A DNA stretch of 64,000 bases from positions 2,375,339 through 2,439,338 of the forward strand of contig MU061538.1 in the NCBI GenBank assembly GCA_013265495.1, read 5' to 3'. Positions 26,536 to 39,008 of the stretch are shown here, one piece after another. The notes beneath the pieces were generated by a model. The model had not been told where the DNA came from and searched no databases. It worked only from the letters and a program-made list of their open reading frames with translations. Source of the DNA: Vicugna vicugna (taxonomy: Eukaryota). Every line of letters begins with the position of its first letter. The first letter of the stretch is position 1. Both the position numbers and the translations under genes were made by a program.

Positions 26536-26647
26536 TTTTTTTTTTTCCAAACTTTTAATTTATTTTTTAATGGCCGTACTGGGGATCGAACCCAGGACCC
26601 TGTGCATGCTAAGCATGTGCTCTACTACTGAGCTGCACCCACCTCCT
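26536..26647 (-). mobile_element. tRNA-derived SINE (vic-1-like) with target-site duplication
   Basis: Poly-T, ctggggatcgaacccaggaccctgtgcatgctaagcatgtgctctactactgagctgcaccc; flanking repeat gatgctct at 26527-26534 and 26650-26657. Confidence 0.9.
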
Positions 26648-26989
26648 TCGATGCTCTTGAACTGAGAAGACAGAGACCAGCTCCCCGAAGGCTGCGGCCA
26701 GAGCGGGGACTCAGATGTAGGTCTGGTCATGCAGTTAAAGGAGCTGTAGTGACCAGGAGGCTCCCAGCTCTCTACACCCTTTCTTGTTGTTAAAAGAAAA
26801 ACTGATTAACACTAACAAAAATACAGCCACTCAGACTAAGTGGAAAAGTCTAAACTGAGTTTGTGAGGAATCAGATTTAAAGAGTTTTTTTAAAAAAGAA
26901 ATAATGTTTTGCAACTTTCTAAGCGATTGCTATCTGCTATATTGAGACTACAGATCACACAGAAATTAGCACGGAAACCAGAGATGGTG

Positions 26990-27330
26990 GCAAGCGAACG
27001 TGGAACTGAAAGGGAGCAGGACCCTGCGCCCCCAACCCCCCACCTCTTGTTCATAGAAAAGCTGACGTCTCCGAACCTCCCCGGGTCTCAGAAGAGCAGC
27101 TCCAGCAGCTGATGAGGACCAGCCTGCAGGCGCTGGGGGATGGCGAGGGCTCTGACCACCTGTCTCAGCGACTAACTGAGGTCACTCTCCCTTTTCTCTT
27201 TCAAACTTTCAGGGCTGAACAGAACCTTTGGAGATGGTTTTTTGGGGGGGATGCTGGGCCCACCAGATTGCAGCCATTCTAGCTAAAAGCGACTTTCCTT
27301 TTTGTCACCAAGGCTTTGCCCCAGGATCAT
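26990..27330 (+). mobile_element. Older ERV1-class LTR fragment (boundaries uncertain)
   Basis: ggagatggtttttggggggg...cccaccagattgcagccattctagctaaaagcgactttcc resembles the R/U5 region of Laurasiatherian ERV1 LTRs as recalled. Confidence 0.45.
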
Positions 27331-27413
27331 ACCCCTGCCCCTCCCTAGAAACCAGTTACTCTTCTCTAAGTCCCGGAGGCAGCAGCAGAGAAGAAACAAG
27401 AACTGGTTAGAAC

Positions 27414-27849
27414 TGACGGAGTCCAGGGTGGTGGAGGATGTGACCTCCAGTGGACCTTGAGCCTCATTATACGATCATTGTAATGTATTAGCTGCTAAGT
27501 GACCCACCCACCATGACAGCTGACAATCGCCATGACAACCACCAAAAAAGCCCATACAAGGACGGAAAAGCCGGTGCAAGGGCTGAGTGGCCCCATCACA
27601 CCCGGCAGGAGGACAAGATGGCAGAAGCCGCCCATAAAAGTCCACGTGGCCCGACACGGGCAGGAGCCGTCCCTCCCTCCCGTCTCACCTGACAGCTCCC
27701 TGTTCCAGCACTTCCTTCCATTTCCTCTTCTGAGAAATAAAAGCAGCTTTGCTCTATCCTCTGCCTCGGCTGTGAATTCTTTCCAGGCAGCAGGCGAGGA
27801 CCCACACTTTGAGGGGCATCCTAATTAGGGGTCTCACTACTGGTTAACA
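27414..27849 (+). mobile_element. ERV1-class solo LTR, 436 bp
   Basis: TG...CA termini, 4-bp target-site duplication GAAC at 27410-27413 and 27850-27853, TATA-like ataaaa at 27634, AATAAA at 27736, and a U5-like ctcggctgtgaattctttcc. Confidence 0.8.
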
Positions 27850-28057
27850 GAACCAACATCCCTACGGCAGTCTTTCCTTACTGTTTTTTCAAAAAAAACT
27901 TTTTTCTTTCAAAATTTCTATTCAGCTCTGCCTAAGTTCTCAGTAACTCTAAATCATGGGCGCATGGATTACAGAGGGTTTATTCCATAGCCCCAAGGCA
28001 CTGATGTCAACCAGCGACGGGAGAAAGCTTGAAGGTATCCATGGAATCAACACTGAG

Positions 28058-28694
28058 TCTGGAGAGGGTGTGGAGACAAGGGAACCCTCCTGCTCTGCTG
28101 CTGGGAATGGAAAACAGCATGAGATGCTTCAAAAAACTAAAACAGACTCACCATATGATCTAGCAATTCCATTCCTGGCCATATATATATATGGAGAAAA
28201 CTCTAATTCAAAAAGATACACGTGCCCCAGTGTTCATAGCAGCACTATTTATAATAGCCAAGGCATGGAAGCAACCTACCTGTCCATCGACAGATGACTG
28301 GGCAAAGAAGAGGTGGTATATTTACACAGCGGGATACTACTCAGCCAAGAAAGAATAAAATAATGCCATCTGCAGCAACACGGATGGACACAAATGAACC
28401 TATTTACAAAACAGAGACTCGTAGACATAGAAAACAAACTTACGGTTACGGGGGGAGCAGGGTGGAGGGACAAACTGGGAGTACTTTCAGATACTAACTG
28501 CTACATGTAACATAGATAAACAGCAAGGCCCCACTGCAGCGCACAGGAAACTATATTCAGTACCTTGTACCAACTGATAGTGAAGAAGAATATGAAAAAA
28601 ATACACGTGTAACTGAGTCACTATGCTGTACACCAGAGGTTAACACAACATCACAAACCGACTATACTTCAATTAAAAAAAAACAAAAATAAAA
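28058..28694 (+). mobile_element. 5'-truncated L1 (ORF2 C-terminus, 3' UTR and poly-A)
   Basis: ORF 27956-28297 contains SPYDLAIPFLAIY (compare L1 ORF2 LPYDPAIPLLGIY); tgttcatagcagcactatttataatagccaag; ends in gactatacttcaattaaaaaaaaacaaaaataaaa. Confidence 0.92.
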
Positions 28695-28902
28695 TGACAC
28701 ATGGCTTTATTTTGATTGCTTTTGATCCGGTTTCTTCGTTTGCAACATTTCTGTTTTAAAAATGTTAAATGTTCACACTTTGACATCTCGTAAGCAGACT
28801 CTGACGCGTGACGACAGTGACCCCTCGGGGCTGGGCTGGGTCTCGTGCTGCCTGAATACCTGCCACTGTCCCCTCACGTTGCTGGGGCTCAGTGCGCCGC
28901 TG

Positions 28903-28972
28903 CTTTAGATTCCACGTGTAAGTGGTATCGTATGATACTTGTCTTTCTCTGTCTGACTTACTTCTCTTAGTG
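28903..28972 (-). mobile_element. L1 3' fragment
   Basis: tttagattccacgtgtaagtggtatcgtatgatacttgtctttctctgtctgacttacttctcttag. Confidence 0.75.
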
Positions 28973-31900
28973 CATCGACTCGACAGATACTCAGGCATTA
29001 GCAGGCTGCTGTGCAGAAGCCAGTCACACGTGTCCTGCCTTTGCGGGGCGCTTAGCGCCTGGAAGGGAAAGTTTTGCATCTTGTACAACAGATAAAAGAG
29101 GCAAAAAATGCTCTCAGGGCCCCAAGGAGGAAGGAGACGGTGTGATTAGAGAAAGCCCACAGGCTGGATCTCGGAGGCCGTGTGAGATACTTCACAGGCC
29201 TAGGAGGGTCAGCACAGAGCTTTCTAGGCACTGAAGTAACAGTGGAAAGCTGAAGCTGTTTCTCCCAGCTCTGGCCCTCATGGAAGGGCAGCGGTGGTTC
29301 TGGAGGTCTGGTTTGAAGTTCATGGATGTCGAAGGTGATTAACAAAGGGCTGTGACCTTCACCTACGCTCCCCAATCTATAGTATGCACATCTGGTATCC
29401 ATGGAAACAGCCTCAGTGCCTTCTTGGATTGAGCTGAAGAGCACATGCTACAGCTTTGAACTTTCAATGCTAGTAAGACATTGTTTTTTCTCTGCTCTGT
29501 GTCAGCTCCTCTAACCTTTCACTTGGAAACTGGTCGTGCTGCTCTGACCCGGGGGTGGGGCCCTACGGGCTGGGTAGGGTCCATGCGGCCAGACTGGGGG
29601 CAGCCTTGGACGCTATTTGAATTGTTTTGGTCATCACGCTTTTCACCAATCACGTTATGTCCCCAGACCCCTAGCTTTCACTGCCAACGTGATCCACTTA
29701 CATGAACTTTTCAAAAATCTATCCATGCTGTTCCATTGATGGTCTCCATCTCGGTGGCCCAGAGGTGCATTTAGTTTTTACTTTTATGCTTCTTCTCCCA
29801 TTTGACTTAGAAAGGGAGAAATGCATGTGCCCAGGAAGACATCTGGCAGAGAAACATCTTTAGGGAATTGGTCAGGTGGTCAGGAGCAGGGAGAGCTGGT
29901 CAGAGGGAGGCCCTGAAGGCAGACGGAGGACTTAAGGCTCCTATCACCTGGAGTCAGGGCGACAGCGGTAAAGGAGCTGGGGTTCGGGGCACTGTTTATG
30001 GCACTGAATAACGTGATTTATTTCTAACGGGCATTTCAGGGAGCGCACTGCCAGGACATGAGCCCTCATTCTGCAGAGGGGTACGCTGGTTCGAGGCACC
30101 AGCACAGCTTGACACCTGCTGGTGACGGGGCGGTGTTAACCGGGCAAGCGCCAAGTCCCTTCCCAGCAGACTGGCTGTTGCTGGGGAGCAACGGGCTCCT
30201 ACGGAGGGTCAGCTCGGGAGCTGGCCGCGGTTTCCGATGAGCGCAGGACCTCCAGATCATCTGCAAGGCTACGCTCGTGACGCGGTCTCTCCTCGGTTGT
30301 GGAACCCGCAACCGTGAAGGGAACAGCTCCGAATGTCCGAGACGCTGAACAGCTGTTCTTGCTCACGGACACACAGGTGAGGCTCCAAGGAGTGTCAAGC
30401 CTGGTTCCAAACGTTCACCTGGACAAACTCACAATTAAAAATGGCTGCCTGGGTTAATGCCTTGGCAACTTGGATGAAGAGACGTCTGGAGGGTTAGGCA
30501 GCCTGCAGGACCAGACCGTGTGTTTCCCCTTCCAGACCCTGCTGCTGAGAACTGGTACCACCGTACGGATTTCCTCAGTGATGTAGATGGCTGATTACTG
30601 ATATTATTTAATGATTATATTCTTTATAATCATAATTAATAATTGTTATTATTTTTCTGTCTTTGGGGCTCCTCACTTACCATTGGGTATCAGCTATTTG
30701 AAATAAACTGAATAGAAGCAGAATGTGTAGTTCCTACACTGGGCCAGGATACAGGAGCACCTGCTCAGATGCGCGCCGTAGGAGCCAGGGTGAAACAGCA
30801 TCGCCCCCGGGCCACTCTGGAGGGACGTGTGTCTTTCTGTCCCCCAGTCCAAAAGATTCAGGACAGACAGAGCCGTCCTTCAAACAGGAGTTCTGGGCAA
30901 CAGCCTTCCCCCAGGAGAAGTCCGGTGGTGCCAGGATGGCAGCTGTTTCTGCTCCTTCCAGCAACAGGGTCTCACGAATGTTCCTTCCTGAGGGCACGTT
31001 TCTGTTCTCTGAAACGACACGCTGTCCCTTCCATCTCCCCTGACCACAAGGCTTTGGCACGTTAGCTCCCTGTAAGAAAATCCGCTTTGCTTCCTTCTGC
31101 AGGACGAGGGGAGTTCAGGATGGTCTCAAAGCCCGGATACCTGACATTTCAGTCTCATCACGAGGGAGGCATCAGTTTCTTTGAGGGGACGACACCCAGT
31201 GTGACAGACACGCGGCACGTGGGCATCCCGCCCCGCCTGCTTTCGGACTCCGGCCCCCAGGACTGCAGAGATCACACTTCTGCGGCGCCAGGCCCCCTGC
31301 TTTGCGGGCGTCTGCCGCGGCGGCCCCAGGAAACGTGCTGAAGGCGAGTGCTTCTCTCTTTATGGCGAGATTGGGCGTATCCAGGCCTGGCCGGTGGGGT
31401 CACAGGTGCGAGGGTGAGGAGGCAGGCGTCCGCTGTGGGCGACCCCGGACGGCCGAGTGCCCATCGCAGACGTGGGTCCGAGCGGACCCACAGCCGTGTC
31501 CACACCGCCCGGGCAACCTCCCGGGGGGGAGCCGGGACCCTCGTTCCCCGGCTGAGGAGCAACCTTGGAGGAAGTATGGAGATCGTCAGGCAGGCAGAGA
31601 CGGCAGCACGGCCGTGTGAGGCGCAGCTGAGGTCAGGGACGCCACGAGGGCCTACCTGTGGGGAGCATGGAGCGCAGGCAGTCGGAAGTGTGACTCCGGC
31701 ACCCAGCATCACAGGAATGTGCTTTTCAGGCTGTAAGAAGCTGGACAAACATCAGGCGCTCATGGCCTCGCTGAGAAGACCAACGAAGCAGCATGCAAAC
31801 CAAAAGCCTCCTGGTATATCCTGGGATATACATGATTTTGTTATGAAAGGTCGCATCGCACTGCAGTCTTCTGGGGGCAGCTGGCTTCGCTGCCAGCCCC

Positions 31901-32249
31901 TAGAGATCTGGAAAGGAACTGAAACCTCTGCATTAAATGTGTTAAATGAGTTTCCACGAGGTCCTACTGACTGCGGTTCACACGTGCCCCCAATCAAGTC
32001 CCCAGTGATCGTCCAAAACCCGCGCCTTCCAGATACAAACCCCGACATGGAGGGAGGGGCCCCAGCTTCACGGGGGTGGTATGAGCAGCGCACACATCTC
32101 TGGGTCTTTACTTACCTAGATACTGTTTTAGTCTTTTTTTAATATAACAGTGTGCAAAAATAATTTATGTATTTTTAAGTGTATTTTTTAAACAAGTTAA
32201 CAGTAGCTTCCACTGGGACACGGCAGTGGAGAGGCAAAGACCATTCTTT

Positions 32250-32386
32250 TTTAAAAAATTTTTTTTCTTTTTTTGGGGGGGTAGGTAATGAGGTTTATTA
32301 TTTATTTTTTAATGGAGGTACCGGACGCGGAACCCAGGACCTTGAGCGCGCCGAGCAGGCCTCACCACTGCACCGCACCCTCCTCA
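32250..32386 (-). mobile_element. tRNA-derived SINE (vic-1-like), strongly GC-shifted, with 16-bp target-site duplication
   Basis: T-rich tail, ggtaggtaatgaggtttatt, gaacccaggacc B-box complement; flanking gcaaagaccattcttt (32234-32249) and gcaaaggccattcttt (32387-32402). Confidence 0.88.
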
Positions 32387-33042
32387 GCAAAGGCCATTCT
32401 TTAGCAACGACGTTTTCTAACCATGCGCATGTGCTGTTTTTAACTTGTTAAAATCACAACGGAAGTTATTTTTTTTTTGCAAAAATAACTTTAGTTCTTA
32501 AAAATGACCCCTGTGTATAAATTCTGTAACTCTCAGAGTAGGCTCTGACATATGAACAGCAAAATCAATTTTATGTAACTTCAAGTGGTTTTGTACATAA
32601 TCAAAATTAAGAAGTTAAGAATTATAGAGAAATGCAGAAGTGGCAAACTCTGAGGAACCGCAGAAGAAATGCTCATGACGGATTAGAGGAGAAAGGACCT
32701 GGTGCTAAGACTAAATGACACTCTCCCGCGGTGGAGACGAACAACACACACCGCAGCAGAACAGCTGGGCAGGAGGAGGAGGACCATACGGCAAAGAGCT
32801 GATCAAACAGAAGGACCGACTGCATGCAGTTGACGTGCCACCATCAGCTGGGACAGGGGTCCAGCGCCGAGCACAGCAGTGTCAGCTAAGGGGACAGGCT
32901 GGATCAGAGAAACAAACCAGAAACCACCAAAATGGAAGGTCCACAGAAAGCAAGAAGATGAGCAGGTTTGGACGGGGCTGTCACCATTCCCAGCTGCCAT
33001 GATCCCAGCCCTTATCCCAGCCCTTGAGGACTAACGTGACGC

Positions 33043-33122
33043 GCTTAGGGTGTTTCCACACCTTGGCAATTATAAATAATGTTGCTATTGGCAGCAGGGT
33101 GCATGTATCTTTTTGAATTAAT
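33043..33122 (-). mobile_element. L1 fragment
   Basis: gggtgtttccacaccttggcaattataaataatgttgctatt...gggtgcatgtatctttttgaatt. Confidence 0.7.
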
Positions 33123-36100
33123 TCTTATATTGTGGTTAGCTTTACTCCATTGATAACTAAGTTTAAAAAGCTAAAGGTCTAAACGTTCTTAGAAACAGTG
33201 AACAGAACATACATGTAAATTATACACGCAGTATACTGTGTATTTACATGCAACGTATTGTATATGTGCAAGCTGTAACAACAGTACCTAATAAAACTGA
33301 AAAAAAATCAGGTTAAGTGCATTCAGTTTAAGTTCAGATGCGTTCTTATCCTGAGATTACGTCTCCCTCTTATTTTAAGATGATGTATGAATTATGTGCC
33401 AATAGTTTTTTTTTAAGTTAAATCATTTTACTAAATCAAAGATTTGGGGGGAAAAGTAAGTACTAATGTGATGCGATGGCCTGTCTGCTCTGGTTGGCCA
33501 TTCCCGCTACTCGGCGTCTACCTTGTCTGGGTTACTGGGTCCCTGGACTGGAACCCCGGCTCCGCCCACACTGAGTACGCCCACTTCCCGCCCTGACAGC
33601 CGAACAATCTCAAATGTGGGAGCATTCAGACCTCCTCTCCCTAACTCACCAAAGAGCGCTGTCAAACTGCTCTCACATTTCCCTCGGCCAAAAAAGGAAG
33701 GGCTCCTGCCCTCGCTGCTGCGGTTGTCCGCGGGGCTGAGTGCGGGGACGCAGAGCTGCTGGGGGGGGCGCCAACCCTGGGGGGACAAGTGCAGCCAGCA
33801 GTCCAGTTCGACCCCCTTTGCCATCCCTGATGGCTGCTGCCGCCAGTGCCTGTGGGGCGAACGCGGGTCTGCGGCATCAGGATCTGACTTCCGGGGGGAC
33901 TAAGGCACTCATTGCTGGAACTGTGTCCAAGTGACAAGCCGGAAGCTGTCAAGGTGGGCAGCTGCTCTCATTTCATCCACTTTGTTGTCTTTGTAAGTTT
34001 ATGTCTTTTTAGACGGTCCCTTTTTAAAAACGGGGTTTTGATTAGGTTTTGGGGAGGAGGTGGATTTTGACATTCAAGTTACATTAGCCAGAAAACAGGT
34101 GATAATGAAAGATTTTTCAAAGAGCAGCTCTGCCGGGAGGAGGGCTGGTCTGTGCTCACGTGTGAGGCAGCAGGCTGAATACCTAAACAGGTTTTGAACG
34201 ATTCGGAAAATCCCGAGGCGACAGCGCCATGATCGGTTAAGGCTCACGTTTCTTGATAAGACGAAGCAGGGGCTGGAGACTCAGACCTTCCCACCCTGAG
34301 CTCTGTGGGTCTGCTCCGTTACGGGGGGGCCAGGCGTGCTTGGGGGCGTCCCTCCCTCCCGAGGCGGAGATTGCGGTGTCCTCAGCTGTGCAGGTGACCG
34401 GACTGTCTGTGCCTATTCTTTGCTTCGTTCTCCTTCACCGTGACCACCGAGGACGGTCTCTGCACACGCAGTGTTTGCAGACCACAGCACAAGCAGCTTT
34501 ATGGACAGGAAGCGTCCCCGGACTGGCTGGGGCATAAACATGAAAAAAAAGTCACTCCTGCCTCAGGACGGACTGACACCAGGACGGGAAGTCCATGCAG
34601 CGATCTCCAGACACACCGTCCATGTGGCCTCCCAACGCGGGAGCCATGGTTGTGTCCAGCGCACGGGACACAGGCGCTTCCCTGCCCGAATCCAGCCTTT
34701 CAGCGTCGGCCCAGGGCCGGAGCTCTGTGGAAACTGGGCACAGGGGGCCACCGTCCTCAGAACGAGGCCATTCTGACCACATCCGGAGCAAGAAGCCCTG
34801 GCTGGACTCACAGGGACCTTTTGGCCACCTCAGGAGGCGGGGGAGGGGCTTGTCACAGACAAGATGCTGGATTTGTGACAGAGGGCCACAGGGAGCAAGT
34901 GCTAGTGAGGGTCAGTGAGAACCCGAGAGCCAGATTCAGTCGTCACCTCCTCGACCACTGACAGTGTGGCCTCGAAGCCCCTGCTCACTCTCTGCCTCAT
35001 GTTTAAACCCGCTTCTGGAACTTGACGTCTGCCTTCTTTGACAGACCTTCTGAGGGGCGCCCACGTCTGTGCTCCCAGTCAGCCATTCTTCGATTTTCCC
35101 TTCTGTTGCTTATCACGACCTTGCATGTTTTAAAGCCACTTCCTCCTTCTGGAAGTTGGACTTCAAACCTCTGATTACGCAGCTCCTGTCAGACTGTGGT
35201 CTCTGGGCTCCTACGGGTCTCTGGCCACGTTTCCCCGGTCTCTGGGCCCCAGAAATCTCTGCATCTTCTCAAGCTGTCACTTCAAGAAGGTCCCCGGGGG
35301 GCAGCGGGTCTCACCGGCAGAAGAGGAGTCTGGTAAGAAAAGCTGTGTCCGAGGGGGTGGGGCTAACGCTGCATGTCAGACGCCGCCGGCCCCCAGCACA
35401 TGCCCGCCCCCAACCCGTTACAGGAGTGTCCGGGACTGAGCGTGGGGCCGAGCGGGCTGTGCCTTCCCGTCCTGCCACTGTTCAGGATTCTAGCTGACAT
35501 CGCTGGTGAGAGCAGGATGGGGTCCGGAGCTCCTGAGTGGTTACCAGAGACGCAGCTCCGATGGGCTTGCTCCTCGCCCGAGACTCGGAGGACTGAACTG
35601 CTCCTGGTGTCTGTCCGTCTCCGCCTGCAGCGTGGTTTCATTCCTTGAGGTGATCTCAGTAGATCATGCCCTTCTTTGAGACATATTTCGTTACAACCAT
35701 ATTTATTATTTTTACCTTTCCGAGGGTTCCCGCCTTATCTTTTCAAGATATGACAAGATGCAACGACATCTCCTTGTGTCCATTACGGGGCGTGGCCTAC
35801 TGTTAGGTATACGCCCATGGCGTGGTCCAGGACGTTCTGAAGTTTGGGATAAATTATCCATGAATGGGGCCATGGGAAAATAATTTTTCCCCGAGTCTTC
35901 TTTTATACAATCTCAATTCTTTAATATGCTTAAGGATCCTTGACATTGTTTTCTTACCTTTAGAGACGGCCTAAGTTCATCACCGTGTAAGGTGCATTGT
36001 TTTAAAAGGAAAATGGAGGCAAACACCGGGATTAAGTGGCCTGGCCCACAGGAAGCTGTACACCTTTATAAGACGTAAAGTACCAGTAACGCGCCACACA

Positions 36101-36266
36101 GCAGACGCGGCTCCCGGGAGCTGACCCCTCACCTGCCCTGGGTGGGGGTGCCCCCGCCAGCGCTCCTCGGCAGCGGCCCTCCCCCGACAGCACCTCCCTA
36201 GCAGCGCGGGCCGTCGGGCCCGGCAGCGGCGGCCCAAGGGGAGGCTGAGGCCCGGCCAGCACTCAC

Positions 36267-36385
36267 CTTCGCACGTGAGCAGGAAGAAGTCGGCGCCGGG
36301 GCTGAAGGCGGCGTTGAAGTAGGTGCAGTTGTCCACCAGGTCGCAGGAAAGGCACTGCCGGTTGAAGTTGCCCACGGTGTTGGCA
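36267..36385 (-). CDS. DPP6: DPP6 coding exon (exon 16 equivalent), 119 nt, phase 2 to 1
   Basis: Acceptor cccgtccctgcag|TGCCAAC, donor GAAG|gtgagt; encodes (S)[39 protein letters not shown](G). Confidence 0.97.
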
Positions 36386-38041
36386 CTGCAGGGACGGGGG
36401 GACGGTCACCGTGGCCAGACCCGTGTCTCCCAGCTCCGTGTTTCCAGCCACTGGCTGCTCCCCTGCAGAGCTGTCCTGGGGCGCCCTTCCCCCGGGCTCC
36501 CCCGTCTCCCTGCGGACCACCGGGAGCGCCTGGCTCTGTTGTCCCCTCCCCTGAGCCGTTCTGAGCCCCAGTCCCCCCATGGGCAGGAGCCCCGAGCACC
36601 CGCTTCACGGGAGGTGTTCCGGCCCCGGCCTGGGCCTGGTGGGGGAGACAGTGTGTGCGGCATTACTTCTAGCACTTTCTAGGACCTGAGCCAGCAGTTA
36701 GCACTCTGGGGACAGTAGCTGTGTGTCTGGGCCTCTGAGCCCTCTCCGAGGGCTGGCTGCCAGGGGAGGACAGGCAGGAAAACACCAGCTGAGCTGGGCT
36801 CCGGCAGCTTCCAAAGTCAGAGTCGTGGTGAGAGGAGATTCTCACTCAGTGGCCAAGAGCAGGAGGGGCCTACTTGAAGCTGCCACCCGGGCCACTCTGA
36901 GCAACCACGACTTCACGTTAAGGAGGCCTAACGTGTGTTTCTGAAAGTTAAGAGAGACCCAGGCGTCTTTCAGCAAACCTGGAAGCAGCCCTTGTCCGAG
37001 CACTTGGCATGGGAAGAATTCTAACGTGAAAACTGCCCACAAGAGTGAAGACGTTCCGGGGGGAGAGCTTGGCCCCCTCAGAGTATGCGTCAGCGTGGTC
37101 TGCCTCGGTCTCCTACTAACGTGGTGATGGGACTGATGGGGTCATCCTGGTGGACGAGCAGTGACGGACAGCCCACAGGGAGAAGCAAAGCTATGACCAC
37201 GTGGATTTGCTGGGCTTCTCCTGACTCAGCACAGGGACCAGCGGGGGGTGGGGGGCAGTTGTGCACCTGACAGGCCTCCGCCCACCTCCCAGCAGTGGGG
37301 GGAGGGGACACCGGGCGTGGGCCCAGCCCAGACCGCGAGGCCCACGCAGAACGGAGGCCTCTCAGGTGGCCCATGTGCGTGTGTGCAGTAACCAGCCGCC
37401 ACCTCCTTCCAGACCAGAAGGCATCGGAGGTAATAGGCCGCCCCCGGTCCAGCCGGCCCACCAGCAGGAAGCTCCCGGGGAGCAGCGCACTGCAGATCCC
37501 AAACCTTCTCTCACGAGCAGAGCGACTGGGGAGACAGGACAGGCGACAGCACTGGTGCTGAGGAGGGACAGACCCTGGACGCGCCTAGTCCTTCTCCATG
37601 ACGCAGAGGTCACCCCTCTGCCACCTCGAGATTTGGGAATCTGACCAACGTCCCACATCACGTCAGCCTGGGTTCAGGCCGGCCTGCACCCCAGCCCATC
37701 GGCATGTGCCCGAACTCGACTCCCCTCTGAGAAAAACCCCGCTGGGCGTAACCCCCCACGTCAGCCTGACTGAAGGTGGAAGCCTGTTAGAGCCCCACCT
37801 GCTACCATGAGAAGAAAGCAAGCGACGGGGAGAACTCAATTTGACAAAAGCGGAAAAATACAATACAGCCTTAGACGCGGTGGCCTCAGCACGTCTGGTC
37901 TCTCCCTCCAGGCCGCGGAGACACCCGTGGAGGTGGGGGTTTTCCCTGCGCCCCCCGCCCCCTGCCCCGGTACTGCCGCAGGGCGGCTGCAGCGCCGAGC
38001 CCTCCGCGGGAGGCCATTGCGCGGGAGGCCGTCGGGCGTAC

Positions 38042-38089
38042 CTGTAGAGCTGGCGCCTCCTCGGCAGGTCCTCTGTGCTGAGGAAGTAG
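38042..38089 (-). CDS. DPP6: DPP6 coding exon (exon 15 equivalent), 48 nt, phase 2 to 2
   Basis: Acceptor ggtctctgcag|CTACTTC, donor TACAG|gtacgc; encodes (I)YFLSTEDLPRRRQLY(S). Found by reading the sequence; this frame is not in the ORF track. Confidence 0.96.
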
Positions 38090-38916
38090 CTGCAGAGACC
38101 AGCAGGTGCACGGCAGTCAGGTGGCTTCAGGGCAGGTCTTCATTTTACACACTGACCTTCCCAGGGACGTGCGCTGTTCCCGGGCCCACAGTGAGCAACG
38201 CCCCCTCCCCGGGGCCAGCTCCAAGTGGGCGGGCCGGGCTGGGGATGGCCACACACTCACGGGCCGAGGGACGTGCTGCTGCAGACCTCCCCTGGCCCCA
38301 GGTGAGCCCGCGTCGCTGGCAGGGCCCTGCTGTGGGGTGGGGTGTGTACAATTGGGCTTGGAGGCCTGGGTTTCTGTATAGGATTAACCTTCTGGCGGGT
38401 GAGGACCCGAGAACTCTTGCTACAGGTCCAGACACACAGCCTGATTCCACAACTCGGGTGGGCTGACCCCCACCCCGGACCCTGTGTGCGGAGCCCTGGC
38501 TCTGGTCCGTGACCGGGGCTGAACAGCGCCCTGCCTGGACTCCCACCGCCTGAGTTGAATCCCAGAGCCTCCTGTTACTGACCGAACACTTAACTGTTGG
38601 TCTGTCTTGGCTTATTTGCCTCTGAAGTGGGGAAGTCATGACCCTGGATCAGGGAGCCGCTGTGAACGAGGCAGTGCTCACCACGAAGCTCCCGCGGGGA
38701 CCTGTAAAGGCCCGGGGGTCCGCGTGGCCCCACGTGGCCATTAGGACCTGCGGCTCTGGATGTGGGGCTGGCGGGCAGGAACCTAACGCAGGTTTTCATG
38801 GAGGAACCGGGACGACATGACCTAGGCTGAGGGAAAGGCGAGGCCCTGGGCTTGCCCTGCGAGCACAGGAGGTGGGGCCACTCAGCGGCCGCCCGGGACA
38901 GGGCGGGCTCACTCAC

Positions 38917-39008
38917 ATCTTATTCCGCGTCTCATCGTAGGACAGAATCCTGGTCACGTCCCAGTCCCCGGACGTGATGGACTGGATGTTGTCATTGCTG
39001 CTGTTGGG
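38917..39008 (-). CDS. DPP6: DPP6 coding exon (exon 14 equivalent), 92 nt, phase 0 to 2
   Basis: Acceptor tgtgttccag|CCCAAC, donor AAGAT|gtgagt; encodes [30 protein letters not shown] plus 2 nt of Ile. Confidence 0.96.

Noticed and set aside
27956-28497. ORFs at 27956-28297 and 28294-28497 as host genes
   Set aside because: They are frameshifted L1 ORF2 and 3' UTR relics.
37545-37562. Possible RE1/NRSE (REST) site, plausible for a neuronal gene
   Set aside because: Only the ggtgctga half-site matches; the other half is in the wrong orientation. I saw no canonical RE1 in the window.
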